Sequence record: SRR20825006_1812
Reading direction: 5' to 3' (one strand)
DNA: 46,126 bases
Both the position numbers and the translations under genes were made by a program. Positions 19,534-29,022 of the stretch are shown in pieces (position 1 is the stretch's first letter; each line of letters starts with the position of its first letter). The notes beneath the pieces were generated by a model. It did not search any database, was not told the origin of the DNA, and worked only from the letters and a program-made list of their open reading frames with translations.

Positions 19534-21198
19534 TTGAAACACCCACTTTCTGTTATAAATCCATTTACAACAGCAATCATTTATTTGGTCATAGCATCAC
19601 TATGGATTATATACTCGGATTATTTTTTGGAACTATTAATTAATAATCCCGAGTTGATTACAAAATTTCAAACTATAAAGGGCTTGTTCTTTATAGTAGT
19701 ATCCTGTCTGCTGTTTTATTTTTTGGCTAAAATAAGTGAAAATAATGTCCTTGAGGCACGAAAAGAAGCAGAAAAAGAGCTGATTAATCTCCAAAAATTA
19801 GCTGAAGCAAGTCCAATTGGAATAATATTCATAGAGCCTGATGGGAGTATAAGGTTTGCGAACGAAATGGCAGAGCGGATTTTTGGAATAGATAACAAGA
19901 CTTTTCTATCTCTTAGTTACAATGACCATGACTGGGGCTTGAAAACAATGCAAGGTAAAGATGTTTTAGCTGAGGAACGTCCTTTTAATCAAGTATTAGA
20001 ATCTAAAGAGTCAGTATTTGGAACCAAATATCGTATTGGAGATAAAGATCAGTATAGGTTTATTTCAATAAATGCAGCTCCAATTTTTATTCAGGAAGAT
20101 AGAATAGAAGGGGTTGTATGTGCAATTACAGACATTACGGATACGATTGAGTCTAATAATAGGATTAAAGAGCATAAAGAGCGTTATGAGCTCTTAGTTG
20201 ATGAATCACCATTCTCAGTTGTAATACATCAGTTTAACAAGATAATTTTTGTTAACCCAATGGCTGTAAAATTGCTTCAAGCAGAAAGTGAGGAGGAATT
20301 AATAGGGCTGAATATTTTGGATATTATTGATCCAAAATATATTCAAGAGACATTAGACCGTGAAGCAAAGTTTCTAAGAGGAGAAGAGCTCAGTTATCCT
20401 TTCGAAATGAAGGTGAAAAGCGTGAAAGGCAATCTAATACCAATCGAAATTATATCCATTCCTTTTACTTCTGATAGTGCTTTAGCGGTTCAGGTTGTAG
20501 CTATCGATATTTCTGACCGACTTAATAAAGAAAAAATTCTGGAAGCTACTTTAAATGAAAAAAGTGCCCTGCTATCTGAAATTCATCACAGAGTGAAGAA
20601 TAACATGGCTATTATCTCTGGGCTAATGCAGCTTCAGGCTTTTGAAATAGAGGACACAATGCTAAAAAGTATTTTGTTTGATAGTGTAAGTCGAATTAAA
20701 ACTATTGCACTTATTCATGAACAAATGTACAGATCGCATAACTTAAGTGGGATAAAATTGGATAGAAATCTTGAGCACATGATTGAGGATATTTCAACCC
20801 ATTATGCTGATAAAACCAATCTAAAAATTACTTATAAATTAGAACCTATAGTCTTAAATATAAATCAAGCTGTTTCGTGCGCGCTTTTTATAAATGAAGC
20901 AGTATCTAATTTGTATAAATTTATTCTTAAAGATAACGATGATGCAAGCTGTGTAGTGGCTTGTAACGAAAGTTCTGGTATTGTGAGGCTTTCCTTACAG
21001 ATAAACGGTACAGAGTTAGTTGAGGAGAAATTGGAGGAGCATAACCAAAAATTGAGCATTCAACTTATGGGCCTTATGGCAAATCAGCTGTACGGTGAAA
21101 TGAAACTCACTACTAATGAATCTGTTGCGCTAATTGAGTTAAGCTTTGATAAAGAAAAGAAACTGAAGGGAAGTGCTGAAAGTAGATTAGTTTCTTAA
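19534..21198 (+). CDS. Membrane PAS-PAS sensor histidine kinase, HisKA_2 type, with atypical ATPase domain
   Basis: Two N-terminal TMs, two PAS domains, EIHHRVKNN H-box; G1 and G2 boxes not recognisable; TTG start. Confidence 0.85.
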   Translation: MKHPLSVINPFTTAIIYLVIASLWIIYSDYFLELLINNPELITKFQTIKGLFFIVVSCLLFYFLAKISENNVLEARKEAEKELINLQKLAEASPIGIIFIEPDGSIRFANEMAERIFGIDNKTFLSLSYNDHDWGLKTMQGKDVLAEERPFNQVLESKESVFGTKYRIGDKDQYRFISINAAPIFIQEDRIEGVVCAITDITDTIESNNRIKEHKERYELLVDESPFSVVIHQFNKIIFVNPMAVKLLQAESEEELIGLNILDIIDPKYIQETLDREAKFLRGEELSYPFEMKVKSVKGNLIPIEIISIPFTSDSALAVQVVAIDISDRLNKEKILEATLNEKSALLSEIHHRVKNNMAIISGLMQLQAFEIEDTMLKSILFDSVSRIKTIALIHEQMYRSHNLSGIKLDRNLEHMIEDISTHYADKTNLKITYKLEPIVLNINQAVSCALFINEAVSNLYKFILKDNDDASCVVACNESSGIVRLSLQINGTELVEEKLEEHNQKLSIQLMGLMANQLYGEMKLTTNESVALIELSFDKEKKLKGSAESRLVS

Positions 21199-21220
21199 TT
21201 AGAATAATAGATAGGTATAG

Positions 21221-21264
21221 TAAACTACTTAGTTAAATGAGTTAACATTACACTAAGTAGTTTA
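21221..21264. terminator. Long inverted repeat between convergent genes (probable bidirectional terminator)
   Basis: TAAACTACTTAGT (21221-21233) / ACTAAGTAGTTTA (21252-21264), a perfect 13-bp stem. Confidence 0.6.
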
Positions 21265-21274
21265 TATAGCAAAG

Positions 21275-21994
21275 TTATTCCCACACTACAGTTGTTCCTA
21301 AGTCGTCACCATCAACAACAATCTTTTTAAAGTTGCCTCGTGTGTTCATATCGAAAACGATGATTGGAGTGTTGTTTTCGCGACAAAGAGTAAATGCTGT
21401 TAAATCCATTACTGAAAGACGTTTTTTTATAACTTCATCTCCAGTTATGCGATCATATTTTACAGCGTCAGGATTCTTCTCGGGATCATCATTATAAATT
21501 CCGTCTACGCGCGTACCCTTTAAAATCACATCTGCTTCTACTTCAATAGCTCTTAATGCGCCAGCAGTATCAGTTGTGAAATAAGGGTTGCCTGTTCCTG
21601 CTCCAAAAATAATTACACGTCCTTTTTCTAAGTGACGAACAGCTCTCCTGCGGATGAATGGTTCAGCTATAGCTTCCATGCGAATTGCACTCATCAGCCT
21701 AGTTTTAACACCTTGGCGTTCGAGAGCGTCTTGAAGAGCCATACTATTTATCATAGTAGCGAGCATTCCCATATAATCGCCTTGTACGCGATCCATTCCT
21801 TCGGTAGCGCCTTTAACACCCCGAAAAATGTTACCACCACCAATAACAATTGAGACTTCAACACCAGCCTCTTGTACACTTTTTATCTCTTCGGCATATT
21901 GGGTTAGTATATCTCCATCAATGCCATGACCTTGAGCACCTAAAAGAGCTTCACCACTTAATTTTAATAGAATTCTCTTGTATTTGTTTGCCAC
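21275..21994 (-). CDS. pyrH: Uridylate kinase
   Basis: [29 protein letters not shown]. Confidence 0.98.
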   Translation of the reverse strand: MANKYKRILLKLSGEALLGAQGHGIDGDILTQYAEEIKSVQEAGVEVSIVIGGGNIFRGVKGATEGMDRVQGDYMGMLATMINSMALQDALERQGVKTRLMSAIRMEAIAEPFIRRRAVRHLEKGRVIIFGAGTGNPYFTTDTAGALRAIEVEADVILKGTRVDGIYNDDPEKNPDAVKYDRITGDEVIKKRLSVMDLTAFTLCRENNTPIIVFDMNTRGNFKKIVVDGDDLGTTVVWE

Positions 21995-22021
21995 TTTCTA
22001 TCCGTTAGTTAATTAAAGTCC

Positions 22022-22055
22022 AAAAAAAAGGCCGTCTCGAATATCGGGACGGCCT
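22022..22055 (-). terminator. Rho-independent terminator between tsf and pyrH
   Basis: AGGCCGTCTCGA/TCGGGACGGCCT stem with an A tract on the + strand (U tract on minus). Confidence 0.82.
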
Positions 22056-22073
22056 AATGTATAAAAAAAAAGC

Positions 22074-22907
22074 TTAAGCCTCTTCACCTAATTGAATTCG
22101 GTGAAATGCTTTTACTAGAGGAGTGTTATTTTGCTCTAGATAATCTTTCACGGTAATACCGTTATCCTTTACAAATTTTTGTTCCAATAGAACGCGCTCT
22201 TCATAGAATCTGCGAAGTTTACCAACAGCAGCTTTCTCAGCGATTGCAGCAGGTTTTCCTTCGTTAATCAATTGCTCTTTGGCAATCTCTAATTCTTTTT
22301 CAATTACAGAAGCATCAACTTCGTCGCGAGTAGCGGCAATAGGGTTCATAGCAGCAACTTGCATAGCAACGTCACGTGCAATTTCTACATCTGCAACATC
22401 ACCATCAAACTCAGCAAGAACACCTAATTGGTTACCTGCATGGATGTAATCAATAATTGTTCCTTCAGTGTTTAAAAGAAGCAATTTAGAAATAGTGATT
22501 TTTTCGCCAATTTTAGCAACCATCTCTTGTAGGTGGTCTGCAATTGTTTTACCAGCAACAGTAGCTTTAAGTAAGTCTTCTAATTGGTCTAGGTCGTTGT
22601 CGAATGCAGCATCTAAGAAAGAGTTAGCTTGAGCTTGGAAATCCTCGTTACGAGCTACGAAATCAGTTTCGCAGTTAATTTCGATAGCAACAGCTTTCTT
22701 TCTGTCATCGCTTACACGTGAAAGAACAAGTCCTTCTTTCGCATCACGATCAGCACGCTTGTCAGCAACTTTTTGGCCTTTTTTACGGAGAACTTCAACA
22801 GCAAGGTCAAAATCGCCATTTGCTTCTGAGAGGGCTTTCTTACAGTCCATCATCCCAGCGCCAGTCATTTCTCTAAGTTTTTTTACGTCAGCAGCAGAAA
22901 TACTCAT
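22074..22907 (-). CDS. tsf: Elongation factor Ts
   Basis: VKKLREMTGAGMMDCKKAL, EINCETDFVA. Confidence 0.98.
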   Translation of the reverse strand: MSISAADVKKLREMTGAGMMDCKKALSEANGDFDLAVEVLRKKGQKVADKRADRDAKEGLVLSRVSDDRKKAVAIEINCETDFVARNEDFQAQANSFLDAAFDNDLDQLEDLLKATVAGKTIADHLQEMVAKIGEKITISKLLLLNTEGTIIDYIHAGNQLGVLAEFDGDVADVEIARDVAMQVAAMNPIAATRDEVDASVIEKELEIAKEQLINEGKPAAIAEKAAVGKLRRFYEERVLLEQKFVKDNGITVKDYLEQNNTPLVKAFHRIQLGEEA

Positions 22908-22937
22908 TATTCTGAATAGTGTTTTGTGAAGTTAAAA

Positions 22938-23801
22938 TTATTCTTTTTCGCTAGCAGCATCTACTTTTGCGTCTTCTGGCTGTAAATCAGCTGAAGGTGC
23001 AGAAGGCTTCTTTTTACGAGAACGAAGATTTGTATTTTTAGAATCAGTTGCTTCTTTTGGCTCTTTAGCTTCAATAGCAGCTTTTTCATGTAACTCTTCT
23101 TCAGCATGTGCATCACGTTCTGCTGAACCTTCAATAATAGCATCTGCTATTTGAGAGGAAATCAATTGAATAGTACGAGCAGAGTCATCATTACAAGGAA
23201 TGATGAAATCTGGAATATCAGGGTCACTATTCGTATCAACCATGGCAATAACAGGGATGTGAAGCTTAATCGCTTCGTTTACTGCTAAATGCTCTTTTAA
23301 AATATCAACAACAAAAATAGCACCGGGTACGCGGTTCATGTTCGCGATACCACCAAGGGTATTATTTAGTTTTTCTTGCTCACGATCAAGCATTAAACCT
23401 TCTTTCTTGGTCAACTCTTTAGTTGTGCCATCAGTTTTCATGCGTTCAATTTCTTCCATACGGCTAATACTTTTACGTACCGTAGCGAAGTTTGTGAGCA
23501 TACCACCTAACCAGCGATGTGTAACAAACGGCATTCCGCAGCGCACAGCTTCAGTTTTGATGATGTCAGTAGATTGTTTTTTAGTACCTACAAAAAGAAT
23601 AGTTTTTCCAGATCTTGCTAATTGTTGAATCTGATCAAGAGATTCTTGCAAGTAATTCTGAGTTTTTTTGAGGTCAATGATGTGAATCCCGTTGCGTTGC
23701 ATGAAGATAAAATCTTTCATTTTCGGGTTCCAACGACGAGTCAAGTGGCCAAAATGCGCACCAGACTTCAAAAGTTCTTCTATAGAAGCTGCTTTAGGCA
23801 T
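22938..23801 (-). CDS. rpsB: 30S ribosomal protein S2
   Basis: GAHFGH..RWNPKM, RWLGGMLTNF, PCNDDS. Confidence 0.99.
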   Translation of the reverse strand: MPKAASIEELLKSGAHFGHLTRRWNPKMKDFIFMQRNGIHIIDLKKTQNYLQESLDQIQQLARSGKTILFVGTKKQSTDIIKTEAVRCGMPFVTHRWLGGMLTNFATVRKSISRMEEIERMKTDGTTKELTKKEGLMLDREQEKLNNTLGGIANMNRVPGAIFVVDILKEHLAVNEAIKLHIPVIAMVDTNSDPDIPDFIIPCNDDSARTIQLISSQIADAIIEGSAERDAHAEEELHEKAAIEAKEPKEATDSKNTNLRSRKKKPSAPSADLQPEDAKVDAASEKE

Positions 23802-23821
23802 GATATTAGATAAGTATGTTT

Positions 23822-23908
23822 AGGTTAATCCGCTATGTGGGTCATTCTCATACACCAATCCCGATAACAATCGAAACACCAGGTAATGAGTCGCCACATA
23901 TGTGTGGT
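23822..23908 (-). promoter_or_regulatory. rpsB leader RNA (t44 / S2-autoregulatory-like structure)
   Basis: Minus strand CACAC-ATATGTGG..CTCATTACC-TGGTG-TTTCGA/TCGGGA..GGTGTATGAG..CCACATA-GCGGATTAACC: nested stems with a GGUG loop, and the 5' CACAC and 3' TAACC layout of t44-type rpsB leaders. Confidence 0.65.
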
Positions 23909-23934
23909 TTAAAATTGTTTGTATAGCGTAAATA

Positions 23935-24321
23935 TTAACGCTTAGAGAATTGAAACTTCTTACGTGCTTTAGGTTGGCCGTATTTTTTACGCTCAACCAT
24001 TCTATCATCACGGGTAAGAAGACCATGTTCTTTCAAGATGCTGTGTACTTCTTCGTTCTCGCCGTCAACTGCACGGGCAAGAGCGTGTTGTACTGCACCA
24101 GCTTGACCTGATTTACCACCGCCACGCACTGTAACTTTGATGTCATACTTATTGTCCATATCTGTAAGAGATAGAGGTAAGAGTGCGATGTTGCGAATAG
24201 CTTTCTCAGGAAGGTATTCTTCAATAGGAGTTTTGTTAATTAAAAACTCACCATTACCCGGCTTGATGTAAAGACGCGCCGTAGAGGTTTTTCTTCTTCC
24301 GATGTAATTAGCTTGTGCCAT
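23935..24321 (-). CDS. rpsI: 30S ribosomal protein S9
   Basis: GRRKTSTAR, GGGKSGQAGA, ERKKYGQPKARKKFQFSKR. Confidence 0.99.
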   Translation of the reverse strand: MAQANYIGRRKTSTARLYIKPGNGEFLINKTPIEEYLPEKAIRNIALLPLSLTDMDNKYDIKVTVRGGGKSGQAGAVQHALARAVDGENEEVHSILKEHGLLTRDDRMVERKKYGQPKARKKFQFSKR

Positions 24322-24332
24322 TTATAAATCGA

Positions 24333-24776
24333 TTAAAGCTCGAAGATTTCTGGGTTTTGTGCCGTCTGTTGGTGAACAGGACCTGCATATACTCTTAGGT
24401 TAGTTCGCAATTGGCGACCTAATCTATTCTTTGGGAGCATACCTTTTACGGCTTTTGTGATAAGAGAGGTCGGATCTTTTGCCAACATGTCTTCCGCGCT
24501 AGTAAAACGCTCTCCACCAGGGTAGAAAGTGTGACGGAAGTACAATTTGTCGGTCATTTTTTTACCGGTCAATTTTACTTTTTCTGCATTGATAACGATG
24601 ACATTGTCACCCATATCCATATGCGGAGTGAAAGTAGGCTTGTTCTTGCCTCTCAAAATAGATGCTACAACAGTACTCAGGCGACCCAATGTCTGATCTT
24701 CAGCGTCGATCAAAATCCACTTCTTATCAATATCAGAGTGTTTTGCCGAGTATGTTTTAAAACTTAAAGTATCCAC
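24333..24776 (-). CDS. rplM: 50S ribosomal protein L13
   Basis: WILIDA..LGRL, RGKNKPTFTPHMDMGD, KGMLPKN; GTG start. Confidence 0.99.
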   Translation of the reverse strand: MDTLSFKTYSAKHSDIDKKWILIDAEDQTLGRLSTVVASILRGKNKPTFTPHMDMGDNVIVINAEKVKLTGKKMTDKLYFRHTFYPGGERFTSAEDMLAKDPTSLITKAVKGMLPKNRLGRQLRTNLRVYAGPVHQQTAQNPEIFEL

Positions 24777-25154
24777 GATTAACTCGTTTTAATTGTTTTC
24801 TTGGAAAGTCGGTAAATATATAGGTAATTTTGATCGATATCAATGTTTGATTTTATAAATTTCATCACCCACCCTCTTAGTAATTGTTACTTGTTCAAGA
24901 ACATAAAGCTATGGTCAGTTTTAAGTAGTTTTAAAGTCACTAAATATGATGATACTTTTTTATAAAACCGTGTAAATATTTCGAAAATGATAGAAAATGT
25001 GTCTCAGTTTCGGTTTTAATAGTTTAAAGCCTTTCAAAGTCATAGCCATAGCCGAACATACATTTACATTTTGGACATTGCTTCTTAAGTCCATTTGAAA
25101 GATAATATTGAACGGGCGTCAATTATGCTCTTCTTTATATATAACTATGGAATT

Positions 25155-27893
25155 ATGAAAAAAACACTACTACGTATTACAATAGTACTGCTTTTTGTTG
25201 GCAGTAACTTCGTACAAGCACAGCAAAAAGTACTGGATATCAAAGATTACCCACTGTGGTCTAGAATTGTTGGGACTGAGCTATCTGCAAATGGAGAGTG
25301 GATGGCGTATGCGCTCCGCCCAAATGGTGGCGATGATACTCTCTATGTGCAATCGCTGAATAATGAAAAATTCTATGAAGTCCCAAATGCGAATGGCGCT
25401 GAATTTTCGAAGGATGGGAAATGGGTTAGCTATTTAATAAGCCCAGATAAAGCAACGCAAAAAAAGCTCTCTAAATCAAAAAAACCAGTTCATAAAACAG
25501 CAGAACTCATGAACTTGGTAACTGGTGAGAAAATTCAAGTTGAACGAGCTAATACATCGAGTTTTTCAAATGATAGCGGTTTTTGGACGGTTCATCGTAA
25601 AAAGCCTGATGAAGATGATAGCAAACACAAGGGGAGTGATTTAGTAGTTCGTAATTTGAACACCAATACTGTTACTAATATCGGAAACGTTTCTGAATTT
25701 TCTCTAAACAAGAAAGCTTCATTATTGGCATACTTAGTGGATGCAAACGATAAGGTTGGAAACGGTATTTATACCTTTAATTTGAAATCGGCTACCATTA
25801 AGGCTATTGATACCGACACTACTACTTATGAAGGACTTAGTTGGGATGATGCAAGAATTCCGAAATCGAGTTGGGCTTCTAAAGGAAATACTCTTGCGGT
25901 ATTAAAAGGTATAAAACCAGAAAAGGGTGAGCATCGAGTTAATTGGTTACTAGTTATTAGTGATGTAGAAAATAAAGCACAAGTAACAGAAGTAGCGCCA
26001 TCCAAAGTTTCAGATGAATTAATCATTAGTGAAGACCGAACAATTAGCTGGGTTGATAATGGGGAGATGCTTCTAATTGGCTTGAAAGAGCAAGAGAAGT
26101 CGGTTAAGCTTAGTAAAGACAGCGTTGCGAATGTTGATGTTTGGCATTGGAAGGATCCACGAATTCAGACCGTACAAATGCGACAATATAACAGAGATGC
26201 TCGTTTCACTTATGTTGCTAGCTATAATTTGAAAACCAAAAAGCTAACTCGGCTTACCGATGACTCTGTTCAAGATTTAAACATAAGTAGACATAGTGGT
26301 TTTATGGTTGCTGAGGATGAAACACCTTATATAGATGATATAAATTGGGGGGTTAGTCCTTCAGATTTGTATCAAGTAAATCTTGAAAATGGTAAAAGAA
26401 CATTATTCGCAAAAGAGATTAACCGAAAGTTGGGCTATTCTCCTGACGGTAGATTTTACTTATATCAAAAAGTGGAAGGTGAGTTAGCATCTATGATAGC
26501 ATACGATTTACAGTCAGATAAAGTAATTGATTTAACAAAAAAGTCATCAGTTCGCTTTTCAAACGAAGAGCACATCTACCCACATGAAAATCCACCTTTT
26601 GGATTAGCAGGCTGGACCAAAGATGGGAAAAACGTAATTGTGAATCATAAGTATGATTTGTGGATGTTAGCATTGGATGGTTCGAAAGCTACTAACATTA
26701 CTAAAGGAGACGGCGAGAAAAACAATATTATCTTTAGAGTGCAAAACTTAGATAGCAACGAGGAATTCATCGACACAAAAAAAACTGTATTACTTTCTGC
26801 TTTTGGAGAGCTAACTAAGAAAAGTGGTTTTTATAGTTTGAAACTAGGAGATAATCCTAAAAAATTACTATTTGAAGATGCACGACTTGGAAGACCAATG
26901 AAAGCTGAAAATGCAGACAGAGTTATTCTCACAAAAGAAACATTCGTAGATTTTCCGAACTATTATTCTACCTCAACGTCATTCAAAAGCTTAAAACAAG
27001 TTACAGATGCCAATCCACAACAAGCAGAGTATGCGTGGGGCTCTCGAAAGCTAGTTGAATTTAAAAATGGAAAAGGAAGAACGGTTCAAGGCACATTAAC
27101 ACTTCCTGCGAATTATAAGCCAGGAAAACGATATCCAACTATTATCTACTTCTATGAGAAAATGTCGGATCGTCATCATCAATATTCTATGCCAACGTAT
27201 GATGATCGTCCACATATGTCTACCTATGCAAGCAATGGTTATATGGTGTTTATGCCCGATGTGTACTTTGAAGAAGGTCGTGCTGGAACAAGTTCATTAG
27301 ATGGAATTACTTCTGCGGCAAAAGCTTTAATCGATCAAGGTTATTCTGATCCAGAAAATATAGGATTGCAGGGCCATAGCTGGAGCGGCTATCAAACGTC
27401 GTTCATTCTTACACAAACCAATATGTTTAAAACTATTGTAACTGGAGCACCTCCAACAAACTTGGAGAGTTTCTATAACAATATTTATGGAAGTTCAGGC
27501 ACAAACCATCATGGCATTATGGAGCTTGGACAAGTAAGAATGGGACGTGGAGTTACGCCATGGTCAAACCCAGAAGATTACAGACGTGAAAGCCCAATGG
27601 TTCATGTGCCAAATATTGAAACTCCGTTTCTTATTCTTCATGGAACAGATGATGGAGCTGTGGATTGGTCGCAAGGGCTTGAGTTATACAACGCAGCAAG
27701 AAGATTAGGAAAAGAAGTAATATTTCTTTCTTATCCCGGAGAGGGACATCACCTCGCGAATGAGGCTAACCAGATTGATTTCCAGATTCGAATGAAACAG
27801 TATTTCGATGTTCACTTGAAAGGAGCTGAAGCACCAGATTGGATGATAAATGGTGTGCCTCAATTAAAAAAGCAATACAGAAAAGCTAAGTAA
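25155..27893 (+). CDS. Exported S9 family (prolyl oligopeptidase/dipeptidyl peptidase-like) serine peptidase
   Basis: Signal peptide from MKKTLLR (ATG 25155), propeller-like N-terminal region, GHSWSG nucleophile, HGTDDGAV Asp and YPGEGHH His motifs. Confidence 0.9.
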   Translation: MKKTLLRITIVLLFVGSNFVQAQQKVLDIKDYPLWSRIVGTELSANGEWMAYALRPNGGDDTLYVQSLNNEKFYEVPNANGAEFSKDGKWVSYLISPDKATQKKLSKSKKPVHKTAELMNLVTGEKIQVERANTSSFSNDSGFWTVHRKKPDEDDSKHKGSDLVVRNLNTNTVTNIGNVSEFSLNKKASLLAYLVDANDKVGNGIYTFNLKSATIKAIDTDTTTYEGLSWDDARIPKSSWASKGNTLAVLKGIKPEKGEHRVNWLLVISDVENKAQVTEVAPSKVSDELIISEDRTISWVDNGEMLLIGLKEQEKSVKLSKDSVANVDVWHWKDPRIQTVQMRQYNRDARFTYVASYNLKTKKLTRLTDDSVQDLNISRHSGFMVAEDETPYIDDINWGVSPSDLYQVNLENGKRTLFAKEINRKLGYSPDGRFYLYQKVEGELASMIAYDLQSDKVIDLTKKSSVRFSNEEHIYPHENPPFGLAGWTKDGKNVIVNHKYDLWMLALDGSKATNITKGDGEKNNIIFRVQNLDSNEEFIDTKKTVLLSAFGELTKKSGFYSLKLGDNPKKLLFEDARLGRPMKAENADRVILTKETFVDFPNYYSTSTSFKSLKQVTDANPQQAEYAWGSRKLVEFKNGKGRTVQGTLTLPANYKPGKRYPTIIYFYEKMSDRHHQYSMPTYDDRPHMSTYASNGYMVFMPDVYFEEGRAGTSSLDGITSAAKALIDQGYSDPENIGLQGHSWSGYQTSFILTQTNMFKTIVTGAPPTNLESFYNNIYGSSGTNHHGIMELGQVRMGRGVTPWSNPEDYRRESPMVHVPNIETPFLILHGTDDGAVDWSQGLELYNAARRLGKEVIFLSYPGEGHHLANEANQIDFQIRMKQYFDVHLKGAEAPDWMINGVPQLKKQYRKAK

Positions 27894-27909
27894 AGTAAGT
27901 TTTGCAAAC

Positions 27910-27944
27910 AAAAAGCTCTTTGTGTTAAACGAAGAGCTTTTTTT
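27910..27944. terminator. Bidirectional Rho-independent terminator
   Basis: AAAAGCTCTT/AAGAGCTTTT stem with A and T tracts between convergent genes. Confidence 0.85.
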
Positions 27945-27972
27945 ATATGGTTTTGAGGAGCAGTGGATTCAA

Positions 27973-28974
27973 TTAGTGAGTGCGCTTTGCAACATTCAGA
28001 AACTTTCGAACAAGATTTTGTGCAGCATTATATGAGGTAATTTCCCCTGCTAGGATACTTTTCCGAATGTCATCTATATCCCGAATGATTTCCTCATTTC
28101 CATAAAAAGCATTATGAAGGTCTTCTTTGATGTGCTCGTTTAGCCAATAAATAGATTGTTCTTTTCTCTTTTGCTCGAAGTAACCCTTGGCTTTAGTATG
28201 ACGGACATACTCATCAATAATTTCCCAAACATCAGAAATACCTGTGTTATGTAATGCGGAGCATTGAGCAACTTTGGGAATCCATTCAGATTCGGATGGC
28301 GGGAAAAGATGGAGCGCATTTTTATACTCTAGCATTGCTCGACGAGAAGCCGTTTCGTTACCAGAATCGGATTTGTTTATGACGATAGAATCAGCCATTT
28401 CCATGATGCCACGTTTAATGCCTTGTAGTTCGTCGCCAGCACCAGCCAACATCAACAAAAGAAAGAAATCGACCATCGAATGAACGGCTGTTTCTGACTG
28501 TCCGACGCCCACTGTTTCAATCAGTATCGTATCAAAGCCAGCTGCTTCGCAAAGTAGTATAGTTTCCCTTGTGTTCCGCGCTACGCCACCTAAAGAGCCA
28601 GAAGATGGCGTTGGTCGGATATATGCTTTGGGGTGGTTAGAGAGAGTTTCCATTCTGGTTTTATCTCCCAAAATACTGCCGTGAGTTCGCGAACTGCTGG
28701 GGTCGACCGCTAAAACAGCTAATGAACGTTGCTCTTTTTCAATAACATGCATTCCAAAAGCTTCAATAAAAGTACTTTTTCCAACTCCAGGTACGCCCGT
28801 TATTCCAACTCTGATTGAATTGCCAGAATGAGGTAAACAGCCATCAATAATCTCTTGCGCTAAGTTCCGATGCTCCGGTTTAGTGCTTTCAACTAAAGTG
28901 ATAGCGCGACTTAGCAAGGTTCTGTTACCCTCTAAAATACCATCAATGTATTGTTGTGGCTTAATGTTCTTCAA
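27973..28974 (-). CDS. meaB: Methylmalonyl-CoA mutase-associated GTPase MeaB
   Basis: GITGVPGVGKST, AVDPSS, GSILGDKTRM, ETVGVGQSE, GDELQGIKRG. Confidence 0.96.
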   Translation of the reverse strand: MKNIKPQQYIDGILEGNRTLLSRAITLVESTKPEHRNLAQEIIDGCLPHSGNSIRVGITGVPGVGKSTFIEAFGMHVIEKEQRSLAVLAVDPSSSRTHGSILGDKTRMETLSNHPKAYIRPTPSSGSLGGVARNTRETILLCEAAGFDTILIETVGVGQSETAVHSMVDFFLLLMLAGAGDELQGIKRGIMEMADSIVINKSDSGNETASRRAMLEYKNALHLFPPSESEWIPKVAQCSALHNTGISDVWEIIDEYVRHTKAKGYFEQKRKEQSIYWLNEHIKEDLHNAFYGNEEIIRDIDDIRKSILAGEITSYNAAQNLVRKFLNVAKRTH

Positions 28975-29022
28975 GATTAAGTAAGTGATTCAAAAAGTTT
29001 CTGGTTTCTACTGAGCAACTAA

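Noticed and set aside
22711..22726. parS-like GCTTACACGTGAAAGA
   Set aside because: Four mismatches to TGTTTCACGTGAAACA, inside tsf, and no second copy found
23820..24026. 68-aa ORF over the rpsI end and rpsB leader
   Set aside because: Overlaps rpsI out of frame; the region is better explained as a structured leader
25025..25123. Minus-strand 32-codon ORF containing CPKC
   Set aside because: TTG start, only one CxxC, overlaps the peptidase promoter region and has no terminator; probably chance
25095..25154. Upstream extension of the S9 peptidase in the ORF track
   Set aside because: The signal peptide begins at ATG 25155
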